A DNA stretch of 59,627 nucleotides, counting the filler, from Sphacelaria rigidula (lineage: Eukaryota): the NCBI GenBank assembly GCA_964200075.2. It is 4 parts of 4 records of this genome, joined end to end, with 100 filler letters (N's around TTAATTAATTAA, not from the genome) between each part and the next. Parts side by side here need not be neighbours in the genome. Positions count along the whole stretch, not along the records: positions 44,800 to 59,627 come from CAXNAA020002027.1; 3 more parts are not named here. One strand, written 5' to 3'. Below, piece by piece: positions 49,001 through 59,627 of this stretch. Under the pieces are notes generated by a model that ran no database searches, was not told the DNA's origin, and saw nothing but the letters and a program-made list of their open reading frames with translations. The first letter of the stretch is position 1. Each line of letters opens with the position of its first letter. A program made the translations under genes and the position numbers.

Positions 49001-49663
49001 CTCAACGACATTGCACCGGCGGAAATTTGCTCAGCACGTGCTCTCGACAATTTCGTGGAAAACGGAAAATCCGCAAATAGGAGTCCAACTCGTGATAACA
49101 GCCTAGAATCGCTATTGAGGTTCAACATTTTTATGAGGTTCAACTGACCATCATTTTTGCAACACTTTCTCCGGAGAGGTTTTGAATGACGAACGCGCTT
49201 GCGGTAGTGGGGGTGAGTGGAAACGTTGTTGCGAGTCCCCGGGAGGTCAATGAAGACAACGTCGGAGGAGAAACGGCACAGAGAAGCCTCGTCGCCTGCG
49301 CCCCTTCTTCGGCCCCTCGGCCGACGTACGTTACAAGTCACCCGGTCACCCCAACGCTGCATACCCTGGACAATAGAATACACGGTCGAAAAATGTACTG
49401 CGTACAGTATGGAATCTACTGTCTATTGCAATAGACAAATTCCGATGCGGTCCTCTAAGCACGCGGTCCTCTCACGCATTACAATACTTCAACATCCCCA
49501 CATTCCGGTTATTCCGGCCACATCATCCTTTTGACATAATCATGCAATCCAACATGCACGCAGTATCCTGCATGTAATCCTCATCCTCACGACTGAGGGT
49601 AAGCATATTCGATGAGATGATGATGATGATGATGATGATGATGCCGCTCTTTCTCTCTCTCTC

Positions 49664-49695
<32 letters not shown>

Positions 49696-52600
49696 TGTTT
49701 TTGTCTCATCTATTTTGGCCGCCTACACCTTCCGGCGCATTAAAGCCGACCAGCGGGGGTGACACAAACGTTCGTTTCCCTCCTCCCCTTATCTTGTGTG
49801 GGGCTTGCATTAACTTCAATCGCGAGAAAGTTTCGACCGACCCTTGGCCCCGTCGATTGTTCAGCAAAATTCTCTTCGCCCACGAAACAATCGCTTTTCA
49901 CTGTTGTTGGGCATGTTGCGGGGAGAAACGCAGTTTGTGTTACGTCACCGAAGATCAATCTCACGAGCTAACAACCAAAATGTTTCCAAGATGTCCGAAT
50001 GAACCACTGGAGCGACCGACTCTGATACCATCAGTCTAGAACATAGTAGAAGTCGACAGTTTTCGCATCTACTTCACGTGCCGCGAACAATAGTGATGTA
50101 GTTTTCAAACCACGTTGAGGCTGTATTGTAATGCGTGAGAGGACCGCGTGTTAGAGAACCGCACGGGAATTTCAAGACTCCCATGGTTAGGGTTAGGGTT
50201 GGTGTTGGTGTTGGTGTTAGGGCCAGGGGCGTGGTGCCTAAGGGACTGGCCCGATTGGTTGTGAAAACGTCGATTCTGAGGTATTTCGAACGACGGCGCG
50301 GTCCTCTAAGCACGCGGTCCTCTCACGAATTACAAATTATTGACTTACTCTTTAGTTTTGTTTGGCGTTCGAACCTACGAGTCGTACTTCGTGGTTTCCA
50401 GATCGCAGAAATAGTGAGCGACGATACAGACAGTATCTTCACCGGTGGATGCATCGTGCACGCTGCACTGGAGACTAGCTCGTACCTGCTGGCATGCATG
50501 GTCTCGCCTACCCTCCGTGAATCAACCCTACACCCGCACACCTCCTCCGAATTTACAAGTGGAACGTGCAGTCTTGCCCGACGATTTAGCTCTGGTCTCG
50601 TCTCCACTAACTTCGAGGATCTGCATCCGCTCACCTACACTCTTCGTGGTGACCACGCGCCCTTCGTGCAGATGCGGACTGGACCGCGAGTGGGCGTTCC
50701 CTCGAGAGCATCGAGCGCTTCATTCGTGACAAGGTGACACCCCTTTACGGCAACACGCACACCACCACGTCCACAACGGGGGCGCAAACCACGGCATTTC
50801 GGGAGGAGGCCAGGGAAATCATCGCCGAGTCCGTCAACGCCAAGGTGAGCAAATCTTGATATGGGTCGGGAAATCAACTAATCAATCAATCAACCGAAGG
50901 GTACGTTTATGTCTGGTGCTCGCATCTTTTGCACGTTCGCGCATCTTCCCGATGACCTCGTCATTCGTATGGGCGGTACATTTCGTCAGCCAAGTGTTCA
51001 CTTCCGGTGACCTCTCCAGGCACAATCGCTTCAGTCAAGTCATTGCTCGAGCCACCTCACAGGACTTGCATCGCCCAAGAGTAGACTCATGCTTATGAGA
51101 CCCACGCGTGTTGATCCTTGCCCCCGATTATTCATGTACCCCGCCGTGTCTGAAATCTCTGGAGCAGTGCGAAGGAGGCCCTGATGACGATGTGGTTCTT
51201 TTCACGGGCTCGGGTACGACGGCAGCGATTGCCAAGATCATCTCCGCCCTGTCGCTGAACAAGAAGCAGCGCTCGTTTGGTTTGAAAACAGGAAGCAGGT
51301 GCGCTCACGGCCAAGTCTCTCGTGAAGCAGTATTTGTCGAGCAACACTGAAGGTCACGTGAGTAGGCGTAGGGCAGGTCTAAGCATATCTAACATAGGTG
51401 ACCAGAGGGGTCATCTCGAGGCGAATATTGCGAAGTTCCGCTCTGTAGCAGGTTGTCCGTATGTATACACCGTATCGGAACATTATCGTAAAGTAGTGTC
51501 AGGTGCGTATTAAGCATCAACAACTAACATGAACACCCGATTTCAACAAGGCACGGCACGCAACAACATTCACTTCAATGTACCGCTTGAGCCACTAAGG
51601 CAGGCGCAGAGCCAAACCCGCTGAACACTGCGCTCCACAGCGACACACGAATGCGCAAACATACGCGACGCTATATCTTTACACACGCCATGAGGTCGGA
51701 AGCCGTAAATTACCACGCCTGTAATGCGTGAGAGGACCGCGTGCTTAGAGGACCGCATCGGAATTTGAACATCCCTATGGTTAGGGTTACGGTTACGGTT
51801 ACGGTTAGTGTTGGGGTTAGGGTTAGGGGCGTGGTACCTGCAGGGACTGACCCGATTGATTTTGAAAAACGTCGATGCTGAGGTGTTTTGAACTACGGCG
51901 CGGTCCTCCAAGCACGCGGTCCTCTCACGCAGTACAACGCCTTCACAGTCTCGTAGATCTCGCATTTGCTGGATCGCGAAAACGTAATTTTGTACCGGAT
52001 TGTAAGGCTGCAGGTCTGATCAGGCTTAATCAGACCAAGTATCGGTTTGATGAACAGAGTGCAGCCGCCCATACATGATCACCACACCTTGCCACTTACT
52101 CATGCGCCCTTTGAGTAAGCCTCGACTCAGCTACATAATCCGGTGAGAACATTGAAATAGTATAGAGCAGAGCGATACGAAACACGAGTGAACAAGAGTC
52201 TTGTAGATCGCGCGGATATCAACCTACCTCTTGCGTGAGATTGAGAAAAATCCTTGGTGTGCATGCTGATGTGTACTACATACGGATCCTGTATACCGGG
52301 TTGTGCACCTTCCCAAAGCCTGTTGCTTGACCACCTCATCACAACGTACCTATGCCTTGCCCGTGGTTGGCGAATATGCCACGCACATTGTGCGCATAAT
52401 AATAGTGTATGGCTTCATCCGTTTGGCCTGCTCGCCCGACCTTTCTGACCCCGCTCACACAACACGTACCCATGCACCCCAGGCCGGTCGTGTTCATCGG
52501 ACCCTTCGAACATCACTCGAATATTTTGCCCTGGAGGGAGAGCTGTGCGGACGTGGTGACGATCGCAGAGAGTTCCGCCGGAGGGATCGACCTCGACGAC

Positions 52601-55600
52601 CTGGAGAGCAAGCTCAAGGAGTACTCCGGTCGGACCCTCAAGATAGGTGCGGCATAATTGGGAATAGAAGTGCGTGCGTCAAAGGTGTCTTGACCCCTTT
52701 TAGCTAGCCCTTGTCTGCACCAGGAGACCACGCGCGTCAAGGTATAATGCCAATGTTTCGGGAGGGGGGAGATGTCGACGCGATTAATGTACGCCTTGGT
52801 TGGGTGTATACATGAGTGGCGTGGCTGCCCACGAATCCCCCGCCCTGCACTAGATCCATGCCTAGTTCTGGAACAAGAGCGCCTGACGCGCCATCGCATG
52901 GGATCTAGGGGCTCGTCTTGTACCGTCAGTCACGCTCGAACCGGCTGGATTGAGTTGTGTCGCCACACTACACAGTATGGTGTCGCCCTTTTTCCCGGGG
53001 TTTAATACCAATCGTCTCGTCGATCACTTCGTGGTCGGTATCATTCCAGCACTGGTGTAGTCACCACACCATCTTGCCCAGCGTGTACGAACCACTTCAA
53101 AGTATCGTGATCAGGCCACAGCTCGAATATCGGCTGTGTGGTGGTGTGTGTGTGCGTGCGTGCGTACATCGTGCGATGACAACGGCTTGTGTCGCGGCTG
53201 ACAGGCTCTTTCGCGGCGGCATCTAACCTAACCGGAGCGCTCGAAGACACGGATGTGATCACGGAGATTCTTCACCGCCATGGCGCCCTCTCCTTCTGGG
53301 ACTACGCGACGGCGGCGCCCTACGTGGAGATCGACATGAACCCAGAAGCCGCGATGGAGTTGGACAAGGTGAGACTAGGTTGCCGGGGTTTCATTATGGA
53401 AGCACGCGCTACTCCAACTCGTGACGCGGAGATTTCACGACTGCCTGCGACAATCAATCAACCGATCATCGGGTCGAAAATGACTTTGAAGTCCTTAGCC
53501 CCTACTCCCGTGTGAAGACAAGGTTGTCTGCACTACACTGTAGTTCGTGGGACGAAAGAACAAGATGGAACGATCCCTCCACATGCACGCCCGCGCAAAC
53601 GATTTCTACCATAGCCCAAGCCATTGCCTTTCTTCGACGTCTGCGCATGATATGCACGGTATCACGCAGCCTCTACTCGCCAAGGACGCCATTTTCATTT
53701 CTGGGCACAAATGTCTCGGCGGTCCTGGCACTCCCGGCCTGCTCGTGTGCAAAAAGAAGCTGTTCATCAATTCATCGCCGGTGGTGCCTGGTGGCGGAAC
53801 GGTGCAGTTCGTTACTCCGAGAGACCACACCTATCACACGTGAGTTCGGGTGCAACGCCACACAGTTGGTTTCGAGCATGCCTGCGGATGGAGCGCGCGT
53901 AGCGTGGGTGAAATAGCACAGTATGGTGTACTTTCGCAGAATAAATGAAAATGCTCCGAACGCTTTGTCAGCAAAAGGACACCATTGTTTCTGAAAGCCC
54001 GGACTTCAATAACTAACCCTTTCACCACAATGAACCAACCTCGAACAGCAATATCGAGGAGCGCGAGGAGGGAGGTACCCCGGAAATTCTAGGGGCCATT
54101 CGTTTGGGCTTAGTTTTCCAGCTGAAGGAGCGACTGGGAAGTTTGGAGGTGAGTCCCGTGAGTGGGCGGGGCCTATGTTTTGTTGACCAACACGCATGCC
54201 ATGTTTTTTCGAGTGTACTACTCGTCAAATGGACCCTACGCTAAACGTACAATGGTTTCAGACGTGGTCTGCCGTCGTATCATTGTGCCTGCTGCGTGTA
54301 GGTTTTACTTGGCGTCACCTGAAGACGAGTGATTGACACAAGCTGAGTGAGTGACACAAGCCAAGGGATTGACACAAGCCGAGTGATTGGCGCAAGCCAT
54401 GACTTCCTCACGCGGTCGGGTTGGGTAGAAACTGTGAAAGTTGTAGGCACCGGCTGCCTGATATTTTTCGATTGAGTGCCGTAGAGCGAGAACGGGCTCC
54501 GGTGGACGGCGGCGACCCCGCGCAAGTCACGCCCTCCTCTAAACTCGGAACGAAATATCGAGGCACGGCGTCCAACACCCGCGCCGTCGATGTCTAATCA
54601 CCAACAAACACCGGGGTTTTTCTCGCAGGAACGGGAGGAATACCTTACGCATCTGGGGCTGTCTACTCTCCGGGCACACCGTCGGGTCGTTCTGGTTGGC
54701 GATACAGGCAGGAAACGACTGCCGATTTTCTCCTTCCTTATCCGCCACGGGGACAGGTCCGTGAAATTGGTGAAAGACGTGACCCAAATATTTGATGGAG
54801 AAGTCATCTAATTTTTCTACTGCGCGTCGCTAGATGATGTTCGGTTCCACACTCTCCAAGTGCACGCGTGGGGGGCGCATGTCATCTGAACCATAGCACG
54901 CAATAGCATACCCCTTGCATGAAACAATATGTATAAAGCTTTGGAGTGCAATCGGCAAGGACACTACCATGGGACCGGTGCAGCATGTTATATGGTTTGA
55001 GTCCCCGTCGCCACGCGTCAGAGTAAAATGAGCAGGCCTCAATGTATCTGCCGCACGATGTATAGTATTCTCTGGTGTAACAGCCCGGGCACCTTTTATC
55101 CCCCCGACGGCAGGTTCCTGCACCACAGCTTTGTGTGTAAGCTATTGAACGACCTGTTTGGGGTGCAAGCCAGGGCTGGATGCCAATGCGCGGCACCGTA
55201 TCATATGAGGCTTCTGGGGATGCCCGCAACCTCGGTCCCGAAGGTTAAGCAGCAGGTGCTGGACGACGTTGGCATCATCAAACCTGGCTCTTGCCGCCTC
55301 AGCCTGTCGTTCTTCATGTCCGATGCCGAGGTACGTGAGGCGCTGTCAGCACGCGGAAAACTCTTCGTGAACGTAGTATGTATACATATATACATATATA
55401 TACACGTGTGTGTTGTGTGTAACCTACCAATACGATCATAGGGATGACCAAGCATCGCACCGACTCGTCATGTTGCCTTTGTGGGCGTTCAGGAAAAATA
55501 CTCTGCAAACTGCCCCTTTAACATAGGCCGGGAATATATGCCACTACAGAAATGGTGTTGCGACGAAAAGCCCGATCAAACGTTTGAGGTCTCAGTCGGC

Positions 55601-57556
55601 GTGTTCGCTACCATATTCTCAGGACACGGCTTCCTATATGTGCCCCTAGATACGCTGGAACTGTGGAGAACCACGACCGTAGGAACAAAGACTACAGCGC
55701 CGGCAACACTCTAGCTTGTGATTACCGTTTTCCCCGTCAATTGTCCACGATCTGATCTGAGTCCCTTCCTTCCTACCATGGCAGGCTCAATACATCCTGG
55801 ACGCCATCCTGTTCATCGCGGACTACGGGGCCTGCTTCTTGTCCCAGTACGAGCCCGACATTACGACGGGCGAGTGGACTCACAAGGATTCAGTGCTCGA
55901 CAGCCCCCCAAGGTGAGTAAAGCATGCAGGCCAACGATGCTGTCTCAGGTACTACGGTGCAAGGTAGGCTCCTTGTTGGGCCAATGATGGAGAGAGGAAA
56001 GACAGCAGGGAAGGCGCAGCGTACCATAGAGCGCAAATTGTGTCACATCGACGGTGATATATTGTGCTCAACGTTGTGGAACATCCCGAATTTCATAGAA
56101 ATCGGACTCATGAAGCGGTTACATAAATGTTGCTCCAGTGGGATAAGACGCCCGGTTCTTAGCACCGGCGGAGTGCGGCTAGCGGTCGTGAGCTAGTCGT
56201 TGCGATAGTCGGAAAAATTCAAGGTTACTTGCTCGTGTGCAGTTTTCTACTCACAATCCAACACCTCTCAAAAAATAGAATTAGTCATCAGCCGTCATCT
56301 TCGGTGGTGACCTCACCCTCATCATGCTGTGAAACGCCACACGAACTACACAATGCCTATCAAACGAGACCACATAACTGTGCATGACTGCGCACGTTAT
56401 AAGATCGTAATGGTCTGAGGACGCGGAAACTGTGGCTCCTTGCTCAATCTCCTCCAACGCCAACTCACACCCGTTTCGTTCGCTGTCCCCTGCGTGATAA
56501 ACACACCATGTATTTGAGGCAGGGAGCGCCTCGCGAACCTTACCTACGACCTCGACACCTGTGGAAAAGGAAGACACGAAGCTGGTCACGAAAAACAACC
56601 ACTCGAAGACCAGGGAATACTCAAATATCTCACCATCGACCGCCCGAAAACGCCTGCCAAGCACGTCGGCCCTGACAAGATCGTCAAGACCGCATTGACA
56701 CCAAGCGAAGAGGACATGTTCGCAACATACATGGAAGAGGCTAGCCGACTCGCCTCCGATATGTGCATGGCGCGCTCCCGGCCGTCATCAACGCTCGCCA
56801 AAGGCACGTCGTCGTCAAAGAGGCGGGCGAAGATGGGAATGCCGGGGAGGAAACTCGAGCTTGCTGCACGGTGGGTGCTGTAGACGATACCGTACGGTGT
56901 TGGAAAATGAATCACGATGCAAATTTCTCCGATGTGCCACCAGTACCTGATGTATCAAAGCACGGTGCACCTTCCGCACACACCACGCGGGTGCATGTCA
57001 CTGCCTGTTGAGATGGTTTGAGAATTTGTGCCGTTGTAGTTCTCGTTTGAGGACCGTGTGGCTCGATCGTTAAAGTATATCCAGTTTTCTGAACGTGGCC
57101 CGCGCAACCCGGGACAAGCTGCCATCAGTATCTTGCATAGTGGAGAACTGAGAGAACTCAAATGAGCGAAGCAACTGAAGGGTTGACAGATGATTTTGTC
57201 GGATACCACCAATAACAAGAAACTGCTACGCCACGGATAAAGCGAACTGGTCCTGGAAGTTCAGTACCACAACCCTACCGTGCCAGTTCGACGAGGTAAT
57301 CCCGGAAGTTTAATCCACAATCCTTCCGTACCACATTGCTCCCAGGCCCTCCCTTGCCCACTTCAGTGGGAAACGATCCGCTGAAGCGACGCTCAGCAGT
57401 GCGGCGGAGGCCTTGCGCTGGTTCGCCCTCCCGCTGGATCTCAAGTCGACCAGAATCATGCCCAACGGAAGCCGCGCGAAGCCCACCCGTCCGATCATCA
57501 TTCCCAAGGTCTACGGGCGTGGCGCCAAGCGGGTCGACGAAGATGACAACGAGCTG
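46053..57556 (+). CDS. Aminotransferase class V / cysteine desulfurase-like PLP enzyme (terminal exon not resolved)
   Basis: Phase-compatible GT-AG exons: 46053-46185, 50672-50844, 51168-51298, 52483-52646, 53205-53368, 53670-53839, 54049-54148, 54629-54756, 55114-55330, 55785-55912, 56523-56870, 57367-57556. Motifs: TPFG.KPLVYADWTASGR, YGNTHT, EHHSNILPW, ASNLTG, SGHK (PLP Lys), PGGGTV, EEGGTP, RAGCQCA (catalytic Cys region), LRWFALP. Confidence 0.92.
46715..46942 (+). mobile_element. TGT...ACA MITE with internal TTAGGG repeats (copy A)
   Basis: Family TIR TGTAATGCGTGAGAGGACCGCGTGCTTAGAGGACCGC, with an insertion in the left arm of this copy. Interior has (TTAGGG)3 plus variants. CTGG occurs on both flanks. 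Confidence 0.85.
47258..47430. repeat. 85-bp tandem duplication (intronic)
   Basis: ATTCTATAAAC.AGAGCCTTGAGTCAAG.AGACATCAACCTCTTGTG.GTGAACCCCT at 47258 and 47343. Confidence 0.85.
48451..48845 (-). mobile_element. TTAGGG-MITE copy B (reverse orientation), interrupted by copy C
   Basis: 48451-48610 and 48790-48845 join into one reverse-oriented element. Confidence 0.8.
48611..48789 (+). mobile_element. TTAGGG-MITE copy C (internally deleted), nested in copy B
   Basis: TGTAATGCG...CGCATTACA with flanks GGGGT/GGGAT (5-bp TSD, 4/5). Confidence 0.82.
49436..49483 (-). mobile_element. Solo terminal fragment of the TTAGGG-MITE
   Basis: CAAATTCCGATGCGGTCCTCTAAGCACGCGGTCCTCTCACGCATTACA. Confidence 0.75.
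49616..49693. repeat. Compound microsatellite (GAT)n-(CT)n
   Basis: Directly visible. Confidence 0.9.
50127..50334 (+). mobile_element. TTAGGG-MITE copy
   Basis: Both TIRs present; internal TTAGGG/TTGGTG tract; no clear TSD. Confidence 0.85.
51720..51936 (+). mobile_element. TTAGGG-MITE copy with a perfect 5-bp TSD
   Basis: Both TIRs present; ACGCC at 51715-51719 and 51937-51941; internal TTAGGG/TTACGG tract. Confidence 0.88.
54327..54398. repeat. 18-bp minisatellite, 4 copies
   Basis: GAGTGATTGACACAAGC(C/T) consensus, four consecutive units. Confidence 0.85.
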
Positions 57557-58080
57557 GTAAGGATAAGCACTATACACCGTAGAGCGCTGCGAGTGTTACC
57601 GATTTCTTGTAGCGATGGTGTTGAAGTGGGAAAGCACCAATGGACATGCTCGTAAAATGAACCATGTGGGTATATCTTCCACGGTGAGGTGGTTGCTGTC
57701 GCATCAGTTCTTGCCCAGAAGGGGAGTGTGTCCAGTCGTCCTTCGAGTGGGTTGCGGCTGTTGTCGTGTACCAGTGCTCGCACGCTCCGCGTCCGACGTC
57801 TGAGCGTGGTTGTACAAGCTGATGCTCCTCAGTCAGCTGTGTGTGTTTTAGAGTGCGATGCTCGTGATGTTTTGCAACTGACGACATTTTCCCTCTTTCT
57901 CCGGCTTGCTCCGATGTCGCGCTATACGTGATACAGTCCGAAGACGACGTGAACTAAGGAGTACTACAGTCTATGAGGAGCCACCTCAACATCGCTCTTG
58001 ATGGAACGGCTGCGGAATCATGCACATCAACAGCAGGGCCCTCGTGGGACCACAGTGTCGCAGACGAGAATGCGGCGATA

Positions 58081-58375
58081 ATAGGTTGTGCTCCGTACTG
58101 TATAATAGCGCAATGATTGCATATACTGCGCGCAGTGGTATACGTCTACGCACGTTCTGCCAAGGCACGTTCTCGGTTGCCATCGTTAGTATGTTGTCGT
58201 GATAGCTTGTACTCCGTACTGTATAATAGCGTAATAACAGTATGTAGTGCGCGCAGTGGTGAACGTCTACGCATGTTCCGCCAAGGCACATGCTTGGTTG
58301 CGATCGTTAGTATGTTGTCGTTGCCTTCGAGACGAGTTTGCCGTCGTTAGTATGTTGTCGTTACCTTCGAGACGA
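58081..58375. repeat. 121-bp tandem duplication followed by a ~40-bp tandem duplication
   Basis: CTCCGTACTGTATAATAGCG...TGCGCGCAGTGGT..ACGTCTACGCA occurs twice. TCGTTAGTATGTTGTCGT occurs three times. Confidence 0.8.
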
Positions 58376-59097
58376 TGGCGAGCCTACCAGGAGTGTGCGT
58401 GATCCCCAGCTTCTCGGAGAACTGCAATGGATCCACGCAACTCGCTGTGCCACCGCGTCGGTCGCCGTTCCGTATGTGTGTTTCGTGCTCTGTCAAGGAA
58501 TAAACGATCCTTTCCCGAAGGAACCCAACTTTAGGTTTGAACCCGGTCAGGTTTTGCACTCGCGTCTAGGTTTGAATTGTTTGTCCTTCGTCACTTGTCA
58601 AGATGCTATGCAATCGTTGGTGTACGTTTATTGAGTCAGGCTTTTAACGTTATGCGATAAATATGTCAGGGAGGTGGTAGTCATACACGTTCCTGATGCA
58701 TATCTCTACGTTTCAACCACAACAGGATCGAAACATGAAGTATTTTCAGGTGTAATATGTTTGAAACTCGTTCAACAGGCTGAGGTTCGCCTGGGTCGGT
58801 TTCACGTTAGAGGGCTGCGTTATCGTGCTTTTGTTTTCTCGTTTCGTTGCATCTCATCTCTGGAGTTATTCTTGGGATGCGGAATATATATATATATATA
58901 TGTATATGTTGTACAGTGTATCATTGGCGTATATATGGGAATGGGTTGTTACTATATCGACTGCTGGATCCTCCCGGGGGTGTTTCCGATAGCATCTGAT
59001 GCAGAAGGTGCCTCTTGAAATTTAGAGGTCAAAATGTTGCCCTAGTTCAGCGGCGACCAACCTTGTGTTGAACCTGGGCTGCAGAGGTGGGGGGAGG

Positions 59098-59296
59098 TGT
59101 AATGCGCGAGAAGACCGCGTGTTCAGAGGACCGCATCGGTATTTGAACATCCCTATGCTTAGGGTTAAAGTTAGGGTTAGGATCAGGGGCGTGGTCCTTG
59201 CAGGGACTTGTCCGATTGGTTTCGAAAAACGTCGATCCTGGGGTGTTTTGAACTACAGTGCGGTCCCCTAAACACGCGGTCCTCTCACGCAGTACA
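59098..59296 (+). mobile_element. TTAGGG-MITE copy
   Basis: TGTAATGCG...CTCACGCAGTACA with internal TTAGGG variants. Confidence 0.85.
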
Positions 59297-59627
59297 AGGG
59301 GGGTATCGTTCGAATTCCTCGTGTAGGAGGAAGCGGTCATGAAGATACCCGCTGTGTCGAAGGGTGGTGCGTCGTTCAAGTCGACCACCGGGACGGACGG
59401 TCACGGACTTTGCGAGAGTCCAGGACATGTTGTTTGGACATGACTGGGCAAGGTAATTGCAAAAGAGGCACACGCGTGCCTTGTGACCGGGTGCCTTGCA
59501 TGGAAACTCTCTGCTCAGCCAGTCACGGGCAAGGAGCAGGTAAACAGAAAAATACGTTGAAAAACATACATCATGTGAGTCATCCTACGATAGGGGGGGG
59601 GGTATTTTGGGCCATTTGTTGCTCGAA

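Overview
Eukaryotic, intron-rich genomic DNA, most likely from a brown alga (Phaeophyceae). This is inferred from an EsV-1-7 repeat gene, a flagellar CFAP99 gene and long introns full of repeats. The window is not one locus. Three identical 100-bp artificial spacers (44 N + TTAATTAATTAA + 44 N) join four contigs of descending length (14835, 14833, 14831, 14828 bp). Contig 1 carries a gene with an uninterrupted array of 16 EsV-1-7 Cys/His repeats, plus small repeats. Contig 2 carries a 3'-truncated prominin/Tweety-like membrane protein gene (minus strand), head-to-head with a 3'-truncated CFAP99 gene (plus strand). Contig 3 carries CCDC47, fold-back elements and a nested hAT/hAT/RTE-LINE transposon cluster. 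Contig 4 carries a class-V aminotransferase (cysteine-desulfurase-like) gene with at least 12 exons. In and just downstream of that gene is a cluster of ~180-240-bp TGT...ACA MITEs with internal telomere-like TTAGGG tracts, one inserted into another. Most short ORFs in the supplied track are spurious or antisense shadows.
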